This document shows positions 1 to 10,247 of a stretch of DNA of 64,000 bases, piece by piece. The stretch spans positions 496,001-560,000 of the forward strand of contig CP145410.1 in the NCBI GenBank assembly GCA_036867785.1, given 5' to 3'. Each line of letters starts with the position of its first letter. Positions within the stretch are counted from its first letter, which is position 1. The notes under the pieces are model-generated. The model was not told the DNA's origin, made no database searches, and worked only from the letters and a program-made list of their open reading frames with translations. The position numbers were made by a program, and so were the translations under genes. This DNA is from Plasmodiophora brassicae. Taxonomy: Eukaryota.

Positions 1-640
1 CAGTGGGACGGATACCTCCGCGTAATACCTTGATCTTGCGCTTGGTTCCTTTCGTTCCTTTGGCGTATGTGTCTTGTAGCCCATAGTCGTCGATTAGCTC
101 ATCGAACTTGGCGAAGAAAGACGTGACACGTTCCTCAATACTCTTGATTGACAGGTTCATGACCACTGTCTTCGTGAGAAGCGCCTTGATGTCTGTCGAA
201 CTCTCGACATCAGCCTCCCTGCGTTGGACTGACCTCAAGTAGCTCATGATGTCGCCATCCGTGATCGTGCTGGCGGGTTGACGTAGGCGATATTTCGACA
301 TCCCTCTGAGGACGTCCTCGGTAATGCATGACTTCACCGTTGGCGGATGAATATCCTCCTTGTAGATCAGTCGGCGCTCGTTAACGATCTCGACGTGTTT
401 CCTATATTTCTTGAGGAAATCGTTAATTCCGTCCTTGGCCGTAAGGCTCAGGGTACGTAGGATGGGCGGTTTCAAAGGCATAAAGATCGGGCTCTTACCG
501 TGCAGGTTTGTTGACTGAAGCCCTCGATCGATTTCGTCATCTGTCGACGATTCATGCTCCTTGGCCTCGGCGTCGGAGTTGGTCCTGGCGTCGTCCTCCA
601 TCTGTAGACGAACGGGCGCTCTGCGGCCACCTCCTGCCAT
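1..640 (-). mobile_element. Gag-like ORF of a Ty3/gypsy-type LTR retrotransposon (5' part; continues off the left edge)
   Basis: ATG at 640 opens a stop-free, intron-free frame to position 1 (MAGGGRR...PLKPPILRTL...DFLKKYRKHVEIVNER...PPTVKSCI...ITDGDIMSYL...MNLSIKSIEERVTSFFAKFDELIDDYGL). This pattern is typical of protist/oomycete gypsy Gag. It is absent from the ORF track because no stop lies in the window. Confidence 0.6.
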
Positions 641-742
641 TAAGTGAGTTCGTTTGCTTGGGGCTCTTTGCGCAAGAAGCTTCTGTGCTAACGCCGCCGC
701 TGCCCACTACGGGGGCGGTCGGTCGCAAGAGTCGGCGCCTGG

Positions 743-922
743 TGATATAACGAACTGATGTATTTGGACAGGATCGTCACAGCAAGGGCCGCTGCGGGGT
801 CGAGTACGGTCATGATCATGTGACCGGGTGGCAGCAGCATCTGAGCAGCATCATCTGAGTACTGGTACTCTGGATGAACACTGTCACCGGTGGCATCCTT
901 CTTGCAGGGTCAGGGTATTACA
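743..922 (-). repeat. Possible 5' LTR of the gag element at 1-640
   Basis: On the minus strand the segment starts TGTAATA and ends TATATCA (TG...CA), about 100 bp upstream of the gag ATG. The partner LTR is not in the window, so this is unverified. Confidence 0.25.
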
Positions 923-1529
923 GCACCAAACCGCTCATCAGTTGGCTGACGTTAAAGGCCAAGGCCAAGCCCAGGGCCAAGGACCGATCCAAGAACTTTC
1001 CCGACGTTCAGCGCGTCGACCCTGCCATCGGCCCTGACAGCTTTCGCCATCACCTCCATTGTCATCTCTTTCTGAATAAAGCAACTCTGAATCGAGCATA
1101 TTGTTGATGTCATCTCTGTAGAACTACAGCGGCCGTGTGGCGACCTGTCCTTGTCGGCGCGCGTTGTAGTCTGCAGTAAGCGTGTAACCAAATCGACTAC
1201 CCTAGGTAATTGCCATTCTTCTTTAGCTAAGGTTACTAAGGTCAGAAGTACTGTCTCCTCGTCCTGCTCACTTCATGAACACGCAAATGAAGAGCCCTTC
1301 AACATTGGGAATATCATCGAAAACATGGGCAAAGTCGTTCTTGCTGTCCACTTCGTTTTCAGGCAGTGCCAAGTGTGCAATGCGAACTGGGATAATACTG
1401 GCGGTAACCAGTGTAATTTACCGCAAGTCTTATGGTTTAGTATGAGACCGCCTGATCCTTGCGAAGCAGCGCTCGTCATCGATTAGGCGTTATCAATATT
1501 GAACAGCAGCGCACGTGATCTCTCCAAGT

Positions 1530-2291
1530 TGTCACGACTCTACGACGACGCGTTGACCGACTGCAGTCGGTCCCCGCTCGCACGGACTTTATTCCGGCGC
1601 CGACCTGCTATGTCGACGCCTGACACTACGACTGTCCTCGTTGTGGTTCGACGAGTTTTGCCGCTTCGCTGACGCGGATCCGACGTCAACGGCACCGCTG
1701 TCGAATGCGGCCAGGAGCCATAGCCACGTACAGCTTCAGCGCCACGCCGCCCAGGCTCGACGCCAACAGGCTCCTGGCCGCATTCGACAGCGGTGCCGTT
1801 GACGTCGGATCCGCGTCAGCGAAGCGGCAAAACTCGTCGAGCCACGTCGTCGCAGACACCGGATCGACCGAGTCATCGCCCGTGAACGTGTGCAGCCGGA
1901 CTGGTGTCGAGTACGATATGGTCGACAAGGGCGCCGGTGGTCGATCAGGATCAATGGTTTCGGTCTTGGGGACGATGGACGGGCTGGCGGCGACCTGCGC
2001 CAAGATCTCAGCGCGCTGCTGCCGGAGCATGGCGTCGATGTCGGCGCGCTGTGCCTGGAGCGCCTCCGCTACGATCGCCGCGATCGTGCTGGTCAGCGCC
2101 GATACGGGTGTGTTCAATGGCTCCTCTTGGTCGGGGTCCTGGTGATCGCGGTTGCGTTGGGTTCCACGAGTGTCCATGGTGACAGTCGGTCAAACTGTCA
2201 CGACTATACGACGACGCGTTGACCGACTGCCGTCGGTCCCCGCTCGCACGGACTTTATTCCGGCGCCGACCTGCTATGTCGACGCCTGACA
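1530..2291 (-). mobile_element. Miniature (TRIM-like) LTR retroelement with 96-bp LTRs and a truncated gag
   Basis: Direct repeats at 1530-1625 and 2196-2291 (94/96 identical), each TGTCA...TGACA. Internal minus ORF 1686-2177 has the Gag-like motif LHTFTGDD...ATTWLDEFCRFA. No pol and no exact target-site duplication. Confidence 0.85.
1643..1845. repeat. 77-bp inverted repeat (fold-back) inside the mini-element
   Basis: 1643-1719 is the reverse complement of 1769-1845 with one mismatch; the loop is 49 nt. Confidence 0.9.
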
Positions 2292-2905
2292 GTACAAGTG
2301 GGGCCAAACTGGACGGACTCGAATCGCACCCGCGCGTAAACGGAGACCCCGATGTACGGCCGTTCACGCTTTTGCTTTCAAGGCCTCCCATAAAGGCCCA
2401 GTGGTCCAGCCAAGGCAATTAACCAACCCGCCTTCTTACGTCGGATGGTACACCAGCTGAATTTAATATACTCACAGACAGTATATTTTACTGACGACAT
2501 TGGCCGTGCCCTTATCCCATCGCATTAAAGATGGCGCCCAGCTCATGACAGGGGCGAAGCCCGAATGAGGCTTGCAGGCACCGGCGCCCAACGAACGTTG
2601 CAGGACGCGCGCATGCGGCTGTGTCTGGTCGGTATCGCCCACAACGTTCAACGGCGTCATCGACCCCAGTCCCGCAGTTTGACGTCCATGAGAGCCCATC
2701 GTTGAAATACCGGTGCCGTCAAACAGCATTTGGGCTGGAAGCCGGTGCCTCAAGTGGGTCCGCCATGCCCATGCCCCATGTTCCCAGCCCAAGGTGGCCT
2801 GCACGAAACGAAAGTCCGCGCGGACTCCGCACAGTCCGTGCGGAGTCCGTTGCATCTCGTCTCCCTTTCGACAAGCAGTCGTTCGAAAGTCAGCGTTCCC
2901 GCATC

Positions 2906-4870
2906 ATGAAATACGTTCTGGTGTCTGGAGGTGTTGTCTCTGGTCTTGGTAAAGGCATAACAGCATCGTCGATTGGCGTGCTGCTTCAGGCGTGTAAACT
3001 GAAGGTGGGGCCCGTATGTTTCATGGTCGGGTGTTGCAGACGCTGAGGTTGGCCCGGCAGGTCACATCCATTAAAATCGATCCGTACCTCAACAAGGATG
3101 CTGGCACGATGTCACCTTATGAGCATGGTGAGGTTTACGTTCTCGACGATGGCGGCGAAGCTGATCTAGACCTCGGCAACTACGAGTACTGCCTTCTCAT
3201 GTTGCCTTCCGCATTTGATTGTACTGAATACGTATTACAGACGGTTCCTTGACATATCGCTGACAAAGGACCACAACATCACAACTGGAAAGATCTACGA
3301 CCTTGTTATTTCTCGTGAGCGACGTGGCGATTATCTCGGTAAGACTGTCCAGGTGGTTCCTCACGCGACGGACGCCATTCAGGATTGGATCGAGCGCATT
3401 GCTGTGAAAGGCGTCAAGAATAACGACTCTCAAGACACCATTCCTGATGTCTGCATTATCGAACTTGGAGGAACGGTCGGCGATATCGAATCAATGGTAT
3501 TCATTGAGGCGCTCCGCCAGTTCCAGTACAAAGTCGGGCGCGACAATTTCTGCCACGTCCACGTCAGTCTCGTTCCGGTGGTCGGCGCTTCCGGCGAGCA
3601 GAAGTCAAAGCCGATTCAGCACTCCGTTCGTGAACTTCGTGCGGGTGGCCTGAGCCCCGACATCATCGTCTGCCGAAGCTCAGAGGCCCTGAACCGATCC
3701 GTCCAGCAGAAGATCTCCCTGTTCTGCATGGTGCCATCGTCGCATGTCCTTTCAGTCCCCGATGTGTCGAACCTGTACCATGTTCCTCTTGCACTCATGG
3801 AGCAGCGACTCCCGTCACTGATCCTGTCCTGCCTGCGGTTCAACGTGATGCCGCCTGATGACATGCTTCAGTGGCGTACGCTCGCCAGCAAGGTCGACAA
3901 TGTCAACCAGCCGGTGACGATCGGGATTGTTGGCAAGTACACGGGCATGTCCGACTCCTACCTGTCCGTCATCAAGGCGCTGACGCATTCAGCGATCACA
4001 TCCGACCTCAAGCTCTCCATCGTGTGGATCGACAGTTCCGATCTCGAAGCGTCTACGCAAGCCTCCAACCCGAACCAGCACGAATCGGCATGGAACAGCC
4101 TTCGCAGCGTCGATGGCATTCTGATCCCCGGCGGATTCGGCAACCGGGGTGTCGAAGGCAAGATCCTGGCCGCCAGGTACGCCCGCGAATACAAGGTGCC
4201 GTTCCTGGGCATATGCCTCGGCATGCAGGTCATGGTGATCGAGTTCGCGCGTCACGTTGCTGGCCTACGGGACGCGACAAGCAGCGAGTTCGACGAGTTC
4301 GCCGACCACCCTGTCGTCATGTTCATGCCGGAGATCAGCACGACGCACATGGGCGGCACCATGCGCCTGGGCAGTCGTATCACACGTATCCAACCGGATT
4401 CCCTGGCCTTCCAGCTCTACATGGGTCACACAGAGATCGCGGAACGACATCGTCACCGATACGAGGTGAACCCGAAGTACATCGGCAAGCTGACTGATGC
4501 TGGACTTCGGTTCAGCGGCCAGGATCTTCTGGCAGAGCGTATGGAAATCGCTGAGCTCGAAGATCACCCGTTCTACTTTGGAACGCAGTTCCACCCCGAG
4601 TTCCTGTCGCGTCCGTTCGCGCCGTCGCCGCCGTTCATCGGGTTTGTGCAGGCGGCCTCGAAGCAATTCACGCGCGTCAACCCTGCCCCTGCCCCCATCC
4701 CTGCAGGAGGTGCATCGACGGTTGACAGTGCACGCCCAGCGAAGCACCCCTCAATGGATGTCACGCGCCTAGCCAAGAACCGCTCCGAATTTGCCCTCTC
4801 TGCTGCCTCCAGCAAGTCCAGTGAACCTGTGGAAGCATCGGCAGTCGTCGATCAGCGCGAACAATTGTGA
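2906..4870 (+). CDS. CTPS: CTP synthase
   Basis: [47 protein letters not shown] and the GATase motifs GICLGMQ, RHRHRYE, QFHPE. GT-AG introns at 3005-3060 and 3186-3240. Confidence 0.97.
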
Positions 4871-4970
4871 TACATATCGGCCTACTACTGTTCAACAGTC
4901 GTTCCCTAATCCTGATAACGATCCCTGCTGGATTGTAGAGTCGATGGACACAACAGAAAGCCATAGCAGC

Positions 4971-5487
4971 GAAAGAGGCCGACCGCTGCCGAAAGACAAG
5001 CACATCCTGCGGTTCTTGGTTGCCCTGTGGAACCGGATCAAGGGCGGCGTTGACGTATACAGCAGACACTTGAAGAACCTACATACATTTCCGCCACTCA
5101 TCGCTGAATCCCGTCCAAGCGATCTGACTCAGGATCCTGATGACTCTCGTTTACAACGCCTACCAGTCGCACACCATGTGTCACGTAATTCGACATCCAA
5201 TGCGATGCAACCCTTGACTAACAAACACTTATAAGGTTAACGACTTCCTAACGAACGAACGAGCGTGCCAAACGTTCCACATGGTGTGCGACTGGTAGAC
5301 GTTGTAAACGAGAGTCATCAGGATCCTGAGTCAGATCGCTTGGACGAGGTTCAGCGATGAGTGGCGGAAATGTATGTAGGTTCTTCAAGTGTCTGCTGTA
5401 TACGTAAACGCCGCCCTTGATCCGGTTCCACAGGGCAACCAAGAACCGCAGGATGTGCTTGCCTTTCGACAGCGGTCGGCCTCTTTC
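4971..5487. repeat. 210-bp inverted duplication of the transposase C-terminal catalytic segment
   Basis: 4971-5180 is the reverse complement of 5278-5487 with about 6 mismatches. The 97-nt spacer contains TTAA (5237-5240). Confidence 0.9.
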
Positions 5488-7095
5488 CATCACAGCAGCA
5501 GCGACTGACGTGCTGTCGCGTCATCAATCGCGTGTCCGAATTGATCTTCATCGAACTTAGGCACAGGTTCGTCGCCGTAAATCCACAATGGGTGTCGTCC
5601 GCGGATGAACGACAGACTTGATAGATAGCGCGCGCGATCTTCCAGATTATTCTGGACGTGTACAAATTTGATATGATGCTGGTCGTCGATGCGATGCAGA
5701 AAAGCCAGTCGTCCAGGCCACCACACGACATATCATGGATAAGCTGGCCCCGATAAGATCGATCGGGAACGGCGGTGTCTTGACGTGCGCGTCTTAAATT
5801 CCATTCCAGAAAGAAAAGTTCCTCTTTGGGGACAGTGCAGGACAGCCACTAGGTTCTGGCGAGAACGCTGCTTCATGTTGCCGACGATGGCACAGAAGTC
5901 CGTCCTGCTTGTGGCATACAACCTTCAGACCATTGCCATGTCTTTCCACAAACTGGCGAATCTCATGTTCAACGTCGCGTTCAGCATAATAGCGTCGCGC
6001 TGCCCAATAGGCACAACGGCTGCCACTCTCAGAGATTGAAGTTGGCGATTTGTCAATGACCTGCCCGAACGTAAAACGCATCGATCTAGACCTACTTGTC
6101 GTTCCAACAACATCCGACCCTTGCGCCAGAGCGGCGCGCCTGGTCTCATCGCCATTGTACCCACGATCGCGGGCGATGATGTTCGAGATGACCGCATTGG
6201 ACGCCATAGATGCCCTCGCAAGTGATCGCGATAATGTTTCCATGCAATCCGCCACCGTTTCATTCCTGGCCGCCACGTGTCCGCCAAGATAGAGGCCCGA
6301 CGTGACTGATACCATGCTGTGCACGACGCCAGCCCTGTGCATGATCAAAGTTAGTGTCGGATCTAATCTCTTTTGAGGACAACATACCCTTTGACCGGAT
6401 TCTTCTGATACTGTAACCCTGCCACATCAACCTGAGCATTGGACGACCATCGAAGATGATCGTCATCAGCACTGATAATGGACCAGTCCGGTACGAATCC
6501 AATAGAAGCACACAAACGCCTGACGATATCCAGGACGTGAGCGACATCCTGATCATGAGTCAGCGGAACTTTCCAGTCGCCCACGTCACGTTGCTTATGG
6601 CGGCCCCCAAGCGCTTTCAAGATGGCGGTATAGCGCTCGTGGCCGGGACAGCCCGCTCGCTTGCAATTGACGAACTTTGCGCTGGGGAAGTACCTCGATG
6701 GTGTGCACTGATAGAATGCCAGATCCAGTTCCACGGCAACGAAAGCCAGAAGTCCGGGACCGGTGGCCTTCAGGCCATCGGCGAAACGGTTAATGAACGC
6801 CAGCATCGGAAAGAATTTGGGAAGAGAGCCATATCTGAACGTGCTGGAAGGCGGGCACGTTTTTGGGCGAACGAACCCTACCAGGGAGTCGCTGAAGAAT
6901 CCTCTGGATGACCTTTTCCTGCTCGTTGCAGGCATGTTGTAACAGGAACTTATCCACGTCGTCAATGCGCAGTGTGCATGCCAGTTCGGATGTGTTGACG
7001 GGAGCACATGTTTTTGGACGAGCATCGAAATCGACGCTTATAGACCCGCCGACAGCAGCAAGGAAGTTGTCCAGATCGAAATCGCTGTCAGACAT
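5248..7095 (-). pseudogene. Decayed piggyBac-like (DDD) transposase
   Basis: Frameshifted minus-strand pieces carry piggyBac-type motifs in order: IISADDDH (first Asp), IIARDRGY (second Asp), VVGTTSR, and LWNRIKGGV[D/Y]VYSR (the YN..GGVD equivalent). Confidence 0.6.
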
Positions 7096-7160
7096 TTGCG
7101 AACACCTCGCGCGAGCAATGTCCTGGCGTAATTAGCGTGTATAATAACTGCATAGCGTTA

Positions 7161-7665
7161 GTTTCCCATTAGTGTTACTAACACTAATTGAATTCCACCT
7201 CCAGCCGACCATACCTTCTATAAGCTACCACACATGCATGCGCATGCCCGACTTGTGCCTGACTTGCCTCCCGGAGCATACAACTTCCGATTCCGGACAA
7301 ACTCACGGTTGCTAGGTCTCTCAGGACGAGGGCCACTCGGTGCTAGCAATGTCGGTCTTTTCCGCATCCCCGATCGTAGCCGCGTTTGCTCGCGCACAGA
7401 CTATCTCCATGAAGTTGCAGGCTGCTGACGCTGCGCAGTTCGTCAGCGAGCGCCGCGACATCCGGTTTGGCTTATCGCTCTACGCCGCAAGATTCTGGCA
7501 CGAGAAGCAGCTGCGACGAATTGTGGTCGCCTTCTGACACTACTTAGGGTGAAATTTGAATAGTGTTAGTCACAGTATTTATTTTAGCTTGTGAATAGTG
7601 TTAGTTCCCTGTGGTCTGACCTATCGGAGAAGGTTGTTTCCAATTAATGTGACACACACTAATTG
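7161..7665. repeat. AT-rich palindromic/inverted sub-terminal-like repeats (possible TIR element end or MITE)
   Basis: Related palindromes at 7161-7190 and 7636-7665. TGAATAGTGTTAGT occurs twice (7557-7570, 7592-7605). 7178-7199 and 7548-7569 are inverted, 18/22 identical. Confidence 0.5.
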
Positions 7666-7695
7666 CGGTAATGAGGTTACACCATTGGGCACCGT

Positions 7696-8088
7696 TCAGT
7701 TGACGATGTATGTCTTGTGCATGGTGGTAAGCAGACGGCGCAGGCTCATTTGCTCGTTGTGGATTGACTGTAGCGCAGTGTCAAGATCGTCAAGGCGCTG
7801 TAGCACTTTGACTAAAAGCCCCTGGACGCTTTCTTCCTCAGTCGAAGCAGCCGAAGATGTGGTTGACGACCCGGGCAGCACAGCGGCTGTCTGGTCATTC
7901 TGATCGATGACCGAATCGACGGGATCAATCGTGGACAAGAGATGCTTGAACGCAACGCTGCGTCGAACGTGACTCTCGCGTGCCAAGTGCATGTTCAGCG
8001 TCCGCCGCACACTCAGACGGGCGTTACATGCTCGACACAGGAACCCGCCATCTTCAAGCTCAATAAGCATGCTCTGATCGAATGGCAT
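7696..8088 (-). CDS. Small C2H2 (U1/jazz-type) zinc-finger protein with a C-terminal coiled coil
   Basis: From the ATG at 8088: FLCRACNARLSVRRTLNMHLARESHVRR (C-x2-C...H-x5-H), then heptad-like LLVKVLQRLDDLDTALQSIHNEQMSLRRLL. Confidence 0.6.
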   Translation of the reverse strand: MPFDQSMLIELEDGGFLCRACNARLSVRRTLNMHLARESHVRRSVAFKHLLSTIDPVDSVIDQNDQTAAVLPGSSTTSSAASTEEESVQGLLVKVLQRLDDLDTALQSIHNEQMSLRRLLTTMHKTYIVN

Positions 8089-8258
8089 GGCGAAATCAAA
8101 GTGGCATCGGCCCAGACCCAGATCCGCCGACGACACCACGTGAAAAAAAGAGAGACTCGCATGAAGAACGAGTGCGAGACTGCGCATGACAGAATGTGCG
8201 ACACTGTGCCGGTGGGGCCCATAATTTTTGCCCCACACTGTGCACGTTGCGGGGGTGC

Positions 8259-8264
8259 AAAAAA
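8259..8264 (-). terminator. RNA polymerase III oligo-T terminator of tRNA-Gly
   Basis: T6 run on the minus strand about 10 nt downstream of the tRNA 3' end. Confidence 0.7.
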
Positions 8265-8273
8265 GTGAACGAA

Positions 8274-8344
8274 TGCGCCTGCCGGGAATCGAACCCGGAC
8301 CAAGTCGTTGGCAACGACCCATTGTACCATTCAACCACAGGCGC
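8274..8344 (-). tRNA. tRNA-Gly (GCC)
   Basis: 71-nt cloverleaf: acceptor GCGCCTG/CAGGCGC+A, D arm GTTG-AATGGTA-CAAT, anticodon arm GGTCG-TTGCCAA-CGACT, T arm CCGGG-TTCGATT-CCCGG. Confidence 0.95.
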
Positions 8345-8510
8345 TGACGTTGTTGACGATGCAGTTGGAAGTCCAGTCAGACAGAATACGCCATGGCTGC
8401 AATGCGGATTTATGCTTCTGCCAGTTCAGATCCTGATCAGTCCTGTTTCCAGATCTACGTGATGCGGGGAGCATTGTACGTTGAAATAGTGTATCGCAAG
8501 GTTGATAACG

Positions 8511-8960
8511 TCAAATTTCATGCGTTTCGGATTGATATTCACTGTATGTCCGCCATTGGGCAGGCTCCGATTTCCGATAAGACGGCGGGTTGCTCATCTG
8601 ACGTGGACCATCTCGACTGAACAAACTGAAGGGGCTATGCGAATGTCCGCTCCAGGGATTGTTGGATGAAGGCGCTGATGCAGGCGCTGGTGACGGCGGG
8701 GGACCATTGAAGAAACGCGTTCTGAAACCCCTGTCAAACGGATCTGCCATCTGCATCAGACTGTCGAAGAGATCCAGCTCGTCGCGCGCGCCCATGTCCA
8801 ACACGGGATTATCGCCGGGGCAGTGCCGGTACACCTTCCGCACCGTGCGGCACCGCATCACGCCATGCTCGTCCGGCTCGCAGACCCGCTCCTGAACATG
8901 CGTCATGAAACAGCCCGCATCGCGGCCCGCGCCGCCTTCGCCAACGCCATCGTCGTTCAT
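8511..8960 (-). CDS. Hypothetical 149-aa protein with an N-terminal 4-Cys module (loosely like plant Mal d 1/Fra a 1-associated protein)
   Basis: ATG-started ORF: CFMTHVQERVCEPDEHGVMRCRTVRKVYRHCPG followed by a Pro/Ser/Phe-rich tail. The family resemblance is from memory only. Confidence 0.5.
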   Translation of the reverse strand: MNDDGVGEGGAGRDAGCFMTHVQERVCEPDEHGVMRCRTVRKVYRHCPGDNPVLDMGARDELDLFDSLMQMADPFDRGFRTRFFNGPPPSPAPASAPSSNNPWSGHSHSPFSLFSRDGPRQMSNPPSYRKSEPAQWRTYSEYQSETHEI

Positions 8961-9210
8961 GCCGCTCGCACTTCAAAAAGAGCAATGGCCGTCTGCGACG
9001 AGGCCGCACCTGCGGGCGGGCGGCGTAACGTTGGCCTCGAGTGCGCCGCTGGCTGGGCACCGTTCCGGAACACAGCAGCGCGTAACGGAAACCGGCGGCC
9101 CTGTACAGTGTTCTGGAAGATCACCTCGTAGTGACTGGTGCTCGCGGATCCGGTTGATGCATACAGCATAACGTGCAGAAGCAGCGGGGCGCGGGACCCG
9201 GGGCGCGTCG

Positions 9211-10157
9211 ATGACGGGGTCGCACTACAGGTCGGGGCCACCGGCGGCGTCCTCGGCGATGCAGGCGGAGCTACGCGGAGAGTTTGCCAACCTGCTGAAG
9301 AATCACACGGAATCGGTGACGAAAGAGTGCCAGGCACGGCAGGCGAAGATTGACGACGCGATTGCGATCCTGGAGGCGCGTGTACGAACGTTATGCGCCG
9401 GGCAGCGACAGCAGCAGCAGCAACAGCACAGCGTGGCAATTGGGTCGACGGCGACGGTCGGGTCCCACGCTTGGCCGCCAGCGGGCGTTATGGGCCTTGG
9501 ATGCACGATGCTTATGGTCGGATGGATCAGCATGATCAAAAGCGACACGGCGTTCATTCAGGGGGCCACCAGCTCCGCCCTACTGCTCGGTGGTACCACC
9601 CAGCTGTTAGCAGGGATCTGGGAAGCCTACAGAAACCATACCTTCCCAGCGACGACGTTCCTCTCATACGGTTCGCTGTGGCTCGGCCTCGGTACGCCAG
9701 CAATCGTAGTACTTGTTCAACCTGAGCTGACAGCTGCCCTCCAGGCGTTATCCAGTCGACAGCGAAGATCGTCCTGTTCTCGAGTTCCGGGTCGCCAGGT
9801 ATCGCGGCCCTGTACTGTATCTGGGCGGTCTTCTCGATCTGTCTGTTCTTCCCAAGTCTTCGCGTGTCGCGTGCACTGTCGATCCTCTTCTCCATGATGG
9901 TCCTGTCGTTCCTCCTGATGGCGTGGGGCGAGTTCGACATCGCAGCGAACGTCGCCGCTGGGTCGATCGCCGCCGTCTGCGGCATGATCGCGCTGTACAC
10001 CGGATTCGCTCTCCTGATGAACGAGATCTGGTGCGAGGACGCCGTCCCACTGGGCAAGTTCCAGGACCATACGGCCATGGCCCCAACCCTGGCCAGACCT
10101 GTCAACGCCGACCTGAGCTTCCTCCAGTCCAGCAGCGTTTCCAGCTCGCAGCCGTAA
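9211..10157 (+). CDS. GPR1/FUN34/YaaH (SatP) acetate/succinate channel with an N-terminal coiled coil
   Basis: GGTTQLLAGIWEAYRNHTFPATTFLSYGSLWL and ALYTGFALLMNE...VPLG. Intron 9692-9744 joins the two ORFs in frame. The start could be 9211 or 9259. Confidence 0.85.
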
Positions 10158-10247
10158 TACAGTAGATCGGCCGATCTGGAGAACGCAACGCCTACAAACA
10201 TAGCCGCCGCCTGCCAATTGCGAGAAACGCATGAACGAGGGGCTGTC

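Noticed and set aside
930-1520. Short ORFs between the two retroelements
   Set aside because: All frames are interrupted by stops and no family is recognisable; probably degenerate sequence.
1530-2291. Direct repeats considered as a CRISPR-like array
   Set aside because: Only two 96-bp copies with TG...CA ends, so they are LTRs. The context is eukaryotic and has no cas genes.
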